A stretch of DNA of 64,000 nt from Octopus vulgaris (Eukaryota): NCBI GenBank assembly GCA_951406725.2, contig OX597829.1, positions 37,324,001 through 37,388,000 of the forward strand. Reading direction: 5' to 3'. Below are positions 51,935 through 64,000 of the stretch, one piece after another. The translations under genes and the position numbers were made by a program. The notes below the pieces were generated by a model that had not been told where the DNA came from, did not search any database, and saw only the letters and a list, made by a program, of their open reading frames with translations. Numbering within the stretch: the stretch's first letter is position 1; each line of letters begins with the position of its first letter.

Positions 51935-52200
51935 TCATTATCAGTCATAGCTGTGCAATAAGTACATGATAAAGCATCAGATGCAACATTAAACTTTTCT
52001 TGGCGGTAAATATCAAATTTATACTGGGCTAGTTCGATTTGCCAACGCATCTTTTCGTTTTTAGGTTTACTGTGCTTTTGACAATTAAACATAAAAGCCA
52101 CACTGTTTTGATCAGTTATTATTGTGAAGTTATGTCCAAGAAGAAAATGAGACCATTTTCTCACAGATTCTACAATCGCTGTCGCCTCTTTTTCAATAAT
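51935..52200 (-). mobile_element. Ty3/Gypsy LTR retrotransposon RNase H fragment
   Basis: IEKEATAIVESVRKWSHFLLGHNFTIITDQNSV...RWQIELAQYKFDI...NVASDALS. Confidence 0.85.
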
Positions 52201-53497
52201 AACAGCGAGTTGAAGATTATGTTAATCCCAAGATAAATAAATGCATCACGAACAGCTTCATTTTTGTGAGTCTGTGTCCACAGCTCTGTACCTGCAATCT
52301 TTAGCTAGTAGTTTCAATTTTTGTATATATCATTAACTGACTGAATTGGTTCTTGCCTGGATTAGAATCTCTTTACATATTCATCTTTCAATGTTTTCCA
52401 ATGCATCTTTTGTAGTACATTTTGTTTGTTTTCTAAGAGGTCTCTGACATGACATATTGCTGCTGATTTTTTTTTTTTTGTGTTTCTTAATCTTATTTCT
52501 TGCTGGTATGTTTTAGGATCACTACTTACTGTTAGGGACAATGTAAGAAATGAACAAGCCCTCTCTTCATATTGTATGTGGATGGTGGGATTTTGAAGTT
52601 GTGCTATTGTCCTCTGAATGTAGGTTTACAGTGATGTAAATAATATACATAATTCTTCATCTCTTAAATATAGAACTTGGGTAGGATGTTTTGTATGTTT
52701 TCAGAGTGGCTGCTGACATAGTTGACGTATTTGTTCCAATTATTTTTTTTTGCATGTCATCCTTTTCCCTCCTCTTAGCTAGAGTGGAGGTATGCTTCCT
52801 GGGTACTTGTTAAATAGGTGAGTATTTCTTTGATCATTTCTTGCTGGTTAGTTTATGGTATACAGGTGTCCTGAACCCATACACTTTATCATCTTAATTG
52901 TGATACATTTTTTCAGAATAATTCTGGGGAACCGTGGAAAGAGTGCAGCATGCATGCAAAAGCATGATAGAGACTTAGTACATAGACATCAACTTTCATG
53001 TTGCCTAATTCTACAGTAATTAATGGTTTACTCAAGAGACAAGAACAAGTTGGTCTTTTAATGGAAATTGGGGTGTGTTAATCTGTAACTACCCACGTCT
53101 CTCAGAAGTGTTTTAATTTTCATTATCAAATCTGGTTTCTTCATAATGTCCGATGGGATCACATTCTTATTTTTATGATAAAATCAGTCTGAGATACTGT
53201 CCTCAGAAGGCAGGTTTATGGTCAATAGATGTCTTGAATCCACATTCTTCACAATTATATCAGAGGACACTAAGTTGATGGGAAGTCATTGAAAGACATG
53301 TGGAAACTCTACTGGTAAATGAAATCCATGAAAATGTAGCACAGATACACTGTCATTACCTGTGAATGCTTAAAGTCATGGGAAATGTTTTTAGTTCTTT
53401 TGTTAAACTGGGATGATTCACAGTGCCCAGTGGGGTCGTATTCTTGCTGCTTTGATGATAAAATTGGCTCCCTGATCTGCTAGATTATTAGCAACTA

Positions 53498-53784
53498 CAT
53501 CATCATCGTCGTTGTTTAATGTCCGCTTTCCATGCTAGCATGGGTTGGACGGTTTGACTGTGGGCTGGCGAACCAGATGACTGCACCAAGCTCCAGTCTT
53601 GATCTGACAGTTTCTACAACTGGATGCCCTTCCTAACGCCAACCACTCCGAGAGTGTAGTGGGTGCTTTTATGTGCCACCAGCACGGGGGCCAGTCAGGC
53701 GGTACTGGCAACGACCACGCTCAAATTTTTGCACATGAGCCAGTCAGGCGGTAATGACAATGACCTTGCTCGAATTTTTTGGGC
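53498..53784 (-). mobile_element. Short RTE-tail/SINE-tail insertion inside a MIB-like module
   Basis: catcatcatcgtc...ccatgctagcatgggttggacgg...ggatgcccttcctaacgccaaccactcc interrupts ttagcaacta|cagtgcta. Confidence 0.75.
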
Positions 53785-55699
53785 CAGTGCTAGAAAATTT
53801 CTCTTGCTCAGTTGGAACTTTATAAATTCATCTTTCAACATTTTTGTTTGTGCAAATCCATCTTGTGGGTTGCTTGGATTTGTATATATCTGACCACTGT
53901 CAGATTCCATTTTTAGAATATTCTAATCAACCTTTTGTTGCTGCTTTGTCTTTTATTGCTCCTGTCCTTCCTCATTTTTATATTCTGACCTTCTTAACTG
54001 GGCCACCAACCCCTTTTCTCCTTCAACCTTCAACTACTCTCTGGTGAAGAGCATAGGCAATCATTTTCTGATTCTCAACATTCTCTTTGTTTACATATCA
54101 TTCAATATCTAGAATCTCTCATCTGGTAGTGAAAATTTGGAAATTTTGTTTTGTTTTTTTTACCTCTTATCTGCTTTCATTTGCTTAGGAATTAAGTTAA
54201 CATTTGTGTTATGCATTTGTGTAGTATTGTATTAAAAATATATATAAATATATGAAATATGACACCTTAAAAATTTGTTAATTAATGCATCTTACGATCA
54301 TTTCATGAAAGTATTGTCATTATAATGGAATCGATTGTTGATACACATTGATAGACAATACTTTCACTCGTCAGAGATGGAGAAGATAAAGTTTTTATAT
54401 ATTGAATGTTTTAAAATTAGAAATATATATGAGAAAGTATTTTTGAAAATAGATTAAAATTTACTGGTTTAGATTTGTGCAGGTTGACTTTGCATAAATC
54501 AAAACTAGTCATGAATTACTAAGACGAACTTACCAAGGATATAAACACAAACTTTAAATTTTATTACTAGATAGACTTTGGTAAGAAAATTTCGAGTTTG
54601 TGTGTCTGAATATTCTTTTGATGTGTACAAAAGATTTAAAAGTAAACACTGCTCTAATTCTACTAAGACTTTTTTCTTCCCCACTTGATAACCACAAATG
54701 ATTTACTGAGAAATTGAATATTTTAGATGTGATGTTGACAAAACTTAAATGACTTGTCAGCTAATAACTAGTTTGCATTGACATCCCAGGTTTTTTTTCT
54801 TTTTTTTTTTCATCATTGGTTCCCAGTATTTTTTACCTATGGACTCCAGTTCATATTCTACTCTAGTGGACTCCCATAGCCATTTAATATTTTTAAAAAA
54901 AAACCCTTTCTAACGACTAAATTCTGTGGGGAAAATGAATATTTACCAGTAAAATAGTTGTAAATATACAAAAAAAAAGATACTACTTTAGTGCTATTTT
55001 ATTCAAAGCAAGTTCTGTGATTGATGCTGCTCTATTAGTTTTGAAATATTCAACTCCAACTGTAAATAAAAATCAAAAAGACTTTGTACAAATGTCAAGC
55101 TAGTTATAAACTTTTGATAGTGAGATACATTGCTGAAACTAGATTCAACAAGGTAAAATGAATGAAAAGCAGTAACATACAACTGCACTTTCTCCCCCAG
55201 AATAATGGATGTTTTTTTAGCAGTGTCATTACTTTTTCATACATTATGCTTCCCATTTTAAATTTTTGCTTGGGTTATTATTTCAAATTCTGCAATTCAG
55301 TGATATTCTCCCACAGATATCACATCAGTAACATTAACTTCAAAAGAAATGTGCAATATTTAGCTTGAGTAAGTCACTAAACTGAACTTGCATATCATGC
55401 AAGTTTTTTCAGATCTTAGCTGCAATGCATGATCATGCAGGTCACTGCTTATCACTTCTAAACTAGGAAACTGTAATAATACAGGACATAGAAACATGCA
55501 TTTTGTAGAACTGTATTTTTGCTTGACAAGCAGTATTAGAACCTTTGGAGGATATAATCAGATAAGTTAAGAAAATTTATTTTATCTAATATATCTGGTA
55601 AATATATATTTAGATGCAACTACTGCTTCTCAGAAATGGTTATTAACCAGAAATGAAACAATAGCCCCAAAATGCAACATGTTTTGCAAGTGCTACTAG

Positions 55700-57540
55700 T
55701 CAAAAGCTCTGCATGCCAGAAGCCAGCAAGTCTATGGGGTCATAAGGAGAATGCACGCCTTTTCAGGGCCTACCTCCCAATAGCATCATTGTGCACCAGC
55801 CCCCACCTCACTGATATGAGGCCCCACTTGCTAAATCAACTGGTTACCAAATAAAGTATTCTTCTAACCATTGCTCATCATCTCATTACAAAATCCAGCA
55901 GCTAGTCTTTTTTACTGTTTGTATATCAGTCATGGTGGTATTTACTTTAAGGAGTTAGGCCTAATGATAACAGTTGCCTCACACTATGTCCAACAAATCC
56001 TCTACATCTGACTTTGATTGGAAATAATAATAAATATCAGACTACATTACTTTTTTTGCTCTTGACCACTTCACAAGCTCTTCTAGTCTCAAGAGGTCAC
56101 TCTGCATGGGTAGAAGTGTCATGTCATCCACGAAGGCCTTCTTAGGTGATTGTTCATGGGCAATTTGTTTTGGAAATCCACGGCTTTCAAAATCATCTCC
56201 ATGACTAAGATAAACCATGTAACAGATATTGTGCAGCCAGCAGCAATGCCAGTCTCCAATTGGTACCAATCTGTTGTAAAATCTCCAGCTGTTAGCCTCA
56301 TCTCAAAACTGTCATACATCCTCATTAATTTGGTTGCTTTGTCTTGAATGTGGAAGTGGCCCCCATAGCTCTTATCAGTAATTCGTGTGACACTGAGCCA
56401 TATGCACTAGCTAGGTCAAGCCCTACCACATTCAGACTTCTCTTCTGTTTGGCATCCTGGATCACTTTCCAAATTGAAAATCAATGCTCAACACTTCCAG
56501 GAATTCCAGGGATTCCGGCCTTTTGAACATTCATCATGTTCATTACTCTGTAAATATGTCACTGTTCTCCATGAGACAATTCCCATAAAGATCTTGTCTT
56601 CCACATTCAATAAGGATATCGACTTAAACTATTTTATAGTCTCTGCATTGGTTTCCTTTGGCAGGTATATTCCTGCCATACACTAATCCTCTGGTTGAGT
56701 CTCTTGGCGCCACAGCTGTCAGAGCAGGGCAAAGCTTCTTTCATAGACGATAGCAATATCTCTATATTTTATACGAGATGCCATCACCTGGAGAACTCTT
56801 TGCTCAAGCTTTTCTCATGCAATCATTCACCTCTTCCTCTCTGAGGTCCCCAATTTGAAATTTGATATCGGGTTCTAAGAGATGCTTTAGTCCATTTATA
56901 GGTGGCAGTGGCTGGTTACGGTATGGATCACTGAAGGTTTCTTTGATACAAGCATCCAATTCTTTTTTTGTGCACAATAAAATGCCACTCATCAGTTCAT
57001 TGAACTGCTCCTTAGTAACCCCATACAGGTCCTTCAGAAACTGTTCTCGAGTCCTTTTACTTTCCTTTCTTCACTCATATCAGTGGACATGCCATTGCAC
57101 ATAACATTTTCCGTTTTTTAATCTTCGTACAGGCCAGATGTTTCGTCTTCCGCAGTACATTTCTATCGCTTTCTTAATTGAGGAAGAAAAAGAACAGCCT
57201 GTCTCCTTTTCCTGATCCTCCTACCTGGTTCACACTTTCCTTTTGCTAATCGGGTACTATCTTTTCACTCCAAATAATTCCTTTCCTGTATCATATATTG
57301 AGCTTGTTAATTTCTCCAGTTTCTCCACTGTAGATCCTGTTATTTTATAAAGAGCCCAACATACCTTGTTCTTAAACTCTTTATATCTTCCTTTCTCATT
57401 AGCAGCAGGCCACAGAACCCTCGGTTTCCTCTGAGTATTATCTGATGCATCAGTTTCATAGTGTGCAGTTTCTCATTGGGAAAAGGTCTTTGCTGTAGCA
57501 TTTATCAATCCGCTGTGGTTTGAGTCTGGGGATAATTTGC
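55700..57540 (-). mobile_element. Degenerate R2/Hero-type (RLE) non-LTR retrotransposon
   Basis: RT motifs FTTDWYQLETGIAAGCTISVTWF and AFVDDMT; C-terminal PIKVRCRGFVGHS; N-terminal RVLWPAANEK; many frameshifts. Confidence 0.8.
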
Positions 57541-57544
57541 TTTT

Positions 57545-57894
57545 ACACTCACTCTCCATGTTTGCATGAGCCAGATAGTTTGAGGCAAATTTTCAGTGAC
57601 TTGATGCCCTTTCTGTTACCAACTCTCACTTATTTCCAAGTAAGATAATATTTCTCCATGGCTGGACATGAATAACTCATTTACAGCTATCACACAATGT
57701 TAAGGTAAGATAAACATATATATTACAGATATGATGGGCTTCTTTTAGTTTCCATCTACGAAATCCACTCACAAGGCATTGGTTGGTCAAGGGCTTTAGT
57801 AGAGGAAACACTTGTCCAACATGCCATACAGTGGGACTGCACAGGAAAGCATGTAGTTGGAAAGCAAAATTCTGAGCCACATGGCCATGCCTGC
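57545..57894 (-). mobile_element. SINE family A
   Basis: Head at 57730-57894 (gggactg...ggccatgcctgc) plus tail motif gatgccctttctgttaccaac. Confidence 0.65.
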
Positions 57895-58504
57895 ATTTTA
57901 ATATCTTTCAAGAGAAAAATATCACAAACTAAATAATATATTGTGTATCATACTAATTATTATTATTATTCTGTCTGTTAAACATTGAACTACCCAATCA
58001 GATGTGATTTGGTTTGCAGAATATTTTTTTTTTTTTTTTGTTAATAAAAAAATTTTTTTTTTTACATGGAAGAGATTTTAATCTATATTCTTATAGATTC
58101 TCATGCACACATACACTTCTAAAAATATTCTGAAATTCTCTCTCCCCCACTCCACCCATCTTCTTTCTCTCTCTCTCTCTCTCTACATGCACTGGAATGG
58201 AATATTTAAGACTTAAAAATGTCATACCCATTTCTGTGAAATGTACCTTTTCTACTTTTCCTCATAAGTTTTTTGTCTTTTTTTTTTTCCAAGTCCTTAA
58301 GGATCCCCCCCCCCCACCTCTTAATGCTAATTTAAGTGGCTATAGGTTTTGAAAATTTGGACATTTTGTAACTTTTTCAATCAAATATTTTCAGTAGCTT
58401 CATGACCTTCCTTATTCAGCTGTAAAAGTGGAACAAGATTATTGACTGAAATGGTTAACATATCTGATCCTGAAACAACAAAACAGCTGGAGCAATAAGA
58501 TTAA

Positions 58505-58701
58505 CCCCTTTAATACCAACCTGTCTGAGACTGCCCTTGGTTCTATGATACAAACTTCCTGTTTTAAAATTACCTAAATTAAAACCCCAAAACCTCATAT
58601 TACGTTCCGTGTACCAGTATAATAAGTTATTTTACTTTTTTTTTTTTTAATCATTTGAAACAAAAGTCATGTATTTCACCAAAAATATGGTAACGAAAGG
58701 A
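58505..58701. mobile_element. piggyBac-type MITE (family 2)
   Basis: TTAA-CCCCTTTAATACC ... GGTAACGAAAGGA-TTAA; related to 6774-6991 in the opposite orientation. Confidence 0.65.
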
Positions 58702-59064
58702 TTAAACTTTTCATATGGTTGAAAATCTAGAACCTTAACCTCACAGCTATTGTGCTTCTAATTTCAGATTTCATTTTTTTTTTTGTATATTTGTTGTATA
58801 TTAAAATATATTGAAATGTAAATTTATTTTTTTTATATCTTTCTTTAAAATATTTTCTTTTATTTGGTGTCTATTTTTAAAATCAAAACAACTTGGCCCA
58901 TGAAAAGTGAACTTTACAAGAATTTTTCACTATTAACAAAGGCCTCTATACCTAAAATTTTGTATTTGTAACAATAAATTATATTTTTATTCAAAAAGAA
59001 AACATTGATTCAGTCTCATTTGTTTTTCCTTTTCATATTTGTTGTATCTTAACCATTAAACTGT

Positions 59065-62000
59065 TTAGTTAGTTAGTTAATTTTTTTGGCTCAAAAAGCA
59101 AAAAGCAAGGCCATGTAGGGGGACATGGAGTTATGTATGGGGTGGTGTTCATGTAAAGAGTTCAGGCCACTTGAGGTCAAGGGAGACTTTGAACCGAGCG
59201 GTCGTCGGCATCTTCACCATCTCGTCCGGCAGCTTATTCCACGGATCTGCAACCTGGATGGCGAAAGCCCCTCTCCTTTGATTGAGAAGAAATTGTCGCA
59301 GATAGAGCTTTTCAGAATGATCCCGCAGCTGATGCTCTGGAGCAGGAGTGAAGAACAGCTCTTTCGAGAGGTTACACTTTCCGCTTATGATGTTGTGAGC
59401 AAGAATGAGATCACCACGGCATCGTCGTTTTTTTGAGAATAAAGGTCGAGCATCTTCAGCCTTTCTTCAAGAACCATGCGGGTAGCCAGCTCCTGGACTC
59501 TTTCAAGATGCTGTATGTCTTTGAGGAGATAAGAGGCTTGAATCCTGTACTCCAATATGGGTCTCACCAGCGTGACATAGAGCGGTAGGAATATGGCTGC
59601 TGTGAGCATTCTGAATGACCGTCGAATCAAGAACAGAACTCTGCATGCTTTGTTGGCAGCATGGATGCACTGGGCCGAAGGCGAAAAGGAGGAATCCAAG
59701 ATACCCAGGTCCTTTACCTGGTCGATCCTCTCCAGCAGCAGACGACCCAGCTCGAAATCAAGTTGAGTTGCAGGAGGAGAGCCAACAGGCAGATGACAGC
59801 ACTTCGACATGTTCAGACACAGGTCCCATACGTTAGACCATCTCCAAATTTGGTGGAGGCATCGACGAAGATCCTCTATATCACTGCGAGGCGCGACCAG
59901 TTTGACATCATCGGCAAATAGAAGGGTGTGTTGCGTGAGGTCATCAGGCAAGTCATTTATGAAGACTAAGAACAATAAGGGCCCAAGCACTGAACCTTGA
60001 GGCACGCCATTGCTCGCACTGGAGACGTCGGACAGCGAACCATTAACTTGGACTTGGAAGGAGTGATCTGAGAGGAAGGCACCAATCCATCGTACAATAT
60101 CCGGATGGAAACTATATGCTTGAAGCTTGACAAGTAATAGGTGGTGGTTTACCAAGTCAAAAGCTTTGGCAAAGTCCAATAAAACGATGTCAACAGCATC
60201 ACTATCATCGAGGATGCGCGTCGCCAATTCTTCTATTACCAGTAAGTTGGTCAAGCATGATCTCTTCGGTACGAAGCCGTGTTGGGAATCAGAGATAGAG
60301 GCTGTGTTTTGGAGGTGGAGCATCATACTTTTCTTAAGGATGGTTTCGAACATCTTGCTGATTATTGAAGTAAGGGAAACCGCTCGGTAGTTAAGCGGGT
60401 TTTCGCAGCTCCCTTTCTTGAAAATTGGGCAGATTATCGCTGTTCTCCAGTCCGCAGGTATAACACCCGTCGCCAATGACATTGAATAGATGTGTTAAGG
60501 GGTCGCAGATGACCGGAGCCAACGCTTTGATAACCCATGGGTGTATGCCATCAGGGCCGTGACCCTTGTTGACATCGAGGCCTTGAATAACGCGTTCGAC
60601 TTCGTCCCGCGTGATGACCAATCGAAGCATTGGAGGTACCGATCTATCAAATGGAGGGGGTTCATGACCATCATCTTGTTTGAAAATAGTTGAAAAAGCC
60701 TCGGCAAATAATTGACTGTTGATAAAGGTCCTCAAGCGATACGCCTGTTGAGTCTACCAACGTTGCAATTTGGTTGTTCAAGCGGGAATTCCGTTGGACA
60801 TGGGCAAAGAAGGTTTTTGGATTGCGACTGGCGTTTGCCGCGATTCTGTATTCAATCTGAAGCGTTCTTCCTTTTCAATTTTCACGGCTCGATCTCGTTG
60901 AGTTTTGTACACCTCAAAAGCTGCAGTCGAATCTAGATTTTTTAATTCAGCCCAAGCAATATCTCTGAGCCAAAGTTCTCGTTTAACCTTCTTCATCACC
61001 CAGGGCTTGTGTTTCTTCTTCTTGGGAAGCCCAACAGGAACTGCTTGGTCAGTCAACCAGATTACATATGCTTTGAGGGACGACCATAGTTCGTCAACTG
61101 AGGACAACGTCATCAGGGATCGTCAGTCCAGAAGTGCGGAAGCCTTGGTTAGAATTTCAAGATTAATTGCAGAGAAGACTCTACGTGGCAGCGAATTAGT
61201 CGTGGGTGTAGAAAAAGTTGTGTGCATGACGAACTTCAGGACCGCATGATCACTCTTGGCAAGAGGGGTGCACACAGATAAGCCTGACACTGATCTTGGA
61301 TAGCAGGAGAATACCAGATCCAGCATAGGTGGCTGCTACCCAGACCGATGCCTTGTCGGATATTCAACATGTTGCGATAGAAAACAATCTTCAGCCACGT
61401 CGAGAAGGGCCTGGCTGAACCGGGAAGATGATGTACAAATTGATGCGGGCCAATCGATCGTGGGAGCGTTGAAGTCTCCTAATATCAAACAGTCATGAGA
61501 AGCTGAAACGAATCTTATCACTTCGAGTAAATGAGCATCGTCCTGGGGGGTCGGCAAGAGACGGCCTGTAGACAGCTAACACGAGACGGCAAAACCCAGA
61601 TAGGCTCAGCTTGCAATAGACGGCATCGAATTTTGTTGTAGGTTGAGCATTAGTGGGTAGAATACCGCTGGACGGTTTGAGATCAGATTTAACATACACA
61701 GCAACACCTCCACCTCACCTTTTTTCTCTGTCACATCTGAAGCGGGCATAGCCCTGTAGGTGGATTTCCGAGTCCTTTACTGCTGGAGTCGGCCAAGTCT
61801 CAGTGATAGCTATCACATCAGGGGAATCACGCATGGCCAGTGTAAATAGTTCGCTGAACTTTGGAAATAAGGAGCACGAGTTGGTATAGACGATGCTGAG
61901 CTGTGAAGTTTGAGGGACGGGAATTCGGGAACAAGCAGAATAAGGGGTATCAGAGATAGCATCGTTGACGGGGGTATCTACTTTACTTTGATTCGCCCTT

Positions 62001-63350
62001 GATTCACTTTCCCTGTCAGCACTACAGCATACGACCAGAGGTAGGACTTGATTATTTGTCCATCTTGGATGCGTAAACCCTTCTCTCCCATCTGTTTCCT
62101 CATCTTCAGTTCAGATATTAGGTTTCTCCGGCGAATTCTCTCTCTCAGTCAGTATTCCTCGCGAAAACCCATATTGGGGTCCTCCCAGGCATGCATCTGA
62201 GCTCTGTTCAGAAATGTTGAAGCCTCCTGATCGGAAGAAAAGATTACTCTTATTGGGCGTGGTCTAGTGTCTGAGGTTGAGTTTGCTTGGAATCTTCCTA
62301 GCTGAGCGACCTTATGGATACTGACATTTTCGTTGACAGAGAACAATTCTCCAACTAAAACGGAAACAAAATTTGTCTTCTTTTAGGCAGTTTATGCCTG
62401 TATCACAGGTGAATTCAGCTTTACCATAAATGATTGCTGATCTTGAGTGGGCAAAATGGTCTTTCTGTTCTCTACTTTGAGCTGCGGCATTCGATTCTTC
62501 GTTGGATGATTTCGAAAAGGTGGTTTCATAGCCATCAGACTTATGTCGGCCTTTGGGGTCGATCGGAATGGGTTTAGTGGTCATAATTTTCCCGCCTTAT
62601 TTGGAACTGCACTGCCTCTTCTTCGGTTTGGAAGAGCACCACTCCCCAGATGAACTCACATCAAGATCATTCAGAATTGGTTGAGCAATGGCATTGATGG
62701 GAAGGACAAGTGAGGGAGAATCCAAACAGATTTGATCTTGAGCAGGTTTCGCAGCTAAATCTGCCCCACTGGAGTTTTGACTACGTTTCTTCTTTTTGGG
62801 AGAACAACGGTCTTCAGGTGGGTTTGAGTCTACGCTCCTCAATTCAGGTTGGGGAACTTCCGGGACCGAAAAGGCAGATGAGGAAGAATCCGCACAGGAA
62901 CGATCATGTGTGGAAACGACTGCCGGTTCCTTCGCCTTCTTTGGCCGCTTCGATTTTGTTCCCTTCAGTTTGGACGTCTTCAGGGAAGAAATCAAGGGTG
63001 GCTCTGCGTCAATAGGAGACTGTTTATTCAGTAAATGAGCAACAACAGACTTTAGGTGCTCGACCTCTTGTTTGAGCAACAGCAACTGCTCGTTGAGATG
63101 ACTGTTGGTAGGTCCATCATCCTGATGATAAGTCCTGATTTCAGGGCCCCCATGTGAAAGCCTGATATCACCGATCGCCTCACCAACTGAATTCTCCAAA
63201 AAAGGATCATGTTGTTCCTAATCCAGCAGTCCTATGATGAAAGAAGTTCTAGCCTTCTCTAGCCAATCCTGTAGGAAAGCCAAAGCCGTTCTAGTGCGTA
63301 TGCTATATTTAAAAATCATTTTTCTTTGTCAGTGAGCAAGGAAGCCTAAC
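59065..63350 (-). mobile_element. Near full-length, frameshifted CR1-clade LINE
   Basis: ORF1 remnant (RPRPIRVIF, ~62040-63200); APE domain (YTNSCSL, ITETW, ILGDFNAP, LDLVF, SDH); RT (LDFAKAFD, PQGSVLGPLLF, FADD); stop at 59149-59151; (CTAA)n tail at 59065-59078. Confidence 0.92.
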
Positions 63351-63354
63351 ATAC

Positions 63355-64000
63355 GATTTCGAGCCGGGTCGTCTGCTGCTGGAGAGGACCGATCAGGTAA
63401 AGGACCTGGGTATCTTGGTGGATTCCTCCTTTTCGCCTTCGGCCCAGTGCGTCCATGCTGCCAACAAAGCACGTGGAATTCTGTTCTTGATTCGACGGTC
63501 ATTCGGAATGCTCACAGCAGCCATATTCCTACCACTCTATGTCACGCTGGTGAGACCCATATTGGAGTACGGGATTCAAGCCTCTTCTCCTTATCTCCTC
63601 AAAGACATACAGCATCTCAAAAGAGTCCAGAAGCTGGCTACCCGCATGGTTCATGGTCTCAAAAATTTGTCCTATGAAGAAAGGCTGAGGACGCTCGACC
63701 TTTATTCTCTTGAAAAACACCGCCGCCGTGGTGATCTCATTCTCGCCCACAACATCATAAGCGGAAAGTGTAACCTCTCAAAAGAGCTGTTCTTCACTCC
63801 TGCTCCAGAGCGTCGGCTGCGGGGTCATTCCGAAAAGCTCTACCTGCGACGATTTCATCTCAATCGAAGGAGAGGAGCTTTCTCCGTCTGGGTTGCGGAT
63901 CCGTGGAACAAGCTGCCAGACGAGATGGTGAAGATGCCGACGACCGCTTTGTTCAAAGCCTCCCTTGACCTCAAGTGGCCTGAACTCTTTACATGAACAC
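63355..64000 (+). mobile_element. 5'-truncated CR1 copy of the same family, inverted, running off the window end
   Basis: Open ORF 63415-63996 (LYVTLVRPILEYG...RGHSEKL...WNKLP); reverse-complement homolog of 59145-59759. Confidence 0.92.

Larger units (their letters stand above)
15860..53900 (-). pseudogene. Nested array of decayed Mind bomb (MIB1/MIB2)-like terminal ankyrin modules
   Basis: Recurrent ~150-190 bp module (+ strand ...cttagatccggattcttcatgagg...agattattagcaaat...ttcttgctcaatttgagctttacaaattc...gtgcaaatccatcttgtggat). Minus-strand translations such as RLSSIVVASYLLDQGANF, IAKYLANQGAEF and ANNLTDQGAKFTIKTENVTPLGLMKGPNLTKEI resemble the last ankyrin of MIB1 (recalled: [35 protein letters not shown]). 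All copies examined carry stops or frameshifts. Confidence 0.6.

Noticed and set aside
15860-53900. CRISPR-like repeat/spacer array with TE-derived spacers
   Set aside because: Repeats are 150-270 bp and degenerate, intervening blocks are themselves duplicated and irregular, there are no cas-like ORFs, and the DNA is eukaryotic.
59065-64000. Single LINE with a twin-priming 5' inversion
   Set aside because: The two arms duplicate the same 3' region and differ by several indels, which fits independent insertions better.

Overview
AT-rich eukaryotic genomic DNA. The SINE families resemble those I recall from octopus, so the source is probably an octopod cephalopod (inference). The only convincing intact protein-coding gene is a two-coding-exon voltage-gated proton channel (Hv1/HVCN1; + strand, 7340-7838 joined to 10730-11316, 361 aa) with a long Thr-rich C-terminal extension. 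From about 15.9 to 53.9 kb the window is a nested, multi-scale tandem array built from decayed protein-coding modules on the minus strand. These are a ~150-190 bp module resembling the terminal ankyrin repeat of Mind bomb (MIB1/MIB2)-type E3 ligases (roughly 50 copies by eye), a ~270 bp unit holding a frameshifted canonical ankyrin repeat (~25 copies, with a 1077 bp higher-order repeat), tandem SINE-head dimers, and 1-4 kb segmental duplications. Mixed in are fragments of many transposon classes (Tx1, RTE, piggyBac, hAT, Helitron, mariner, Gypsy), mostly on the minus strand. The right end holds a degenerate Hero/R2-type element, a near full-length degenerate CR1 LINE and an inverted second CR1 copy. 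Repeat boundaries, copy counts and family names were read by eye and recalled from memory, not computed.
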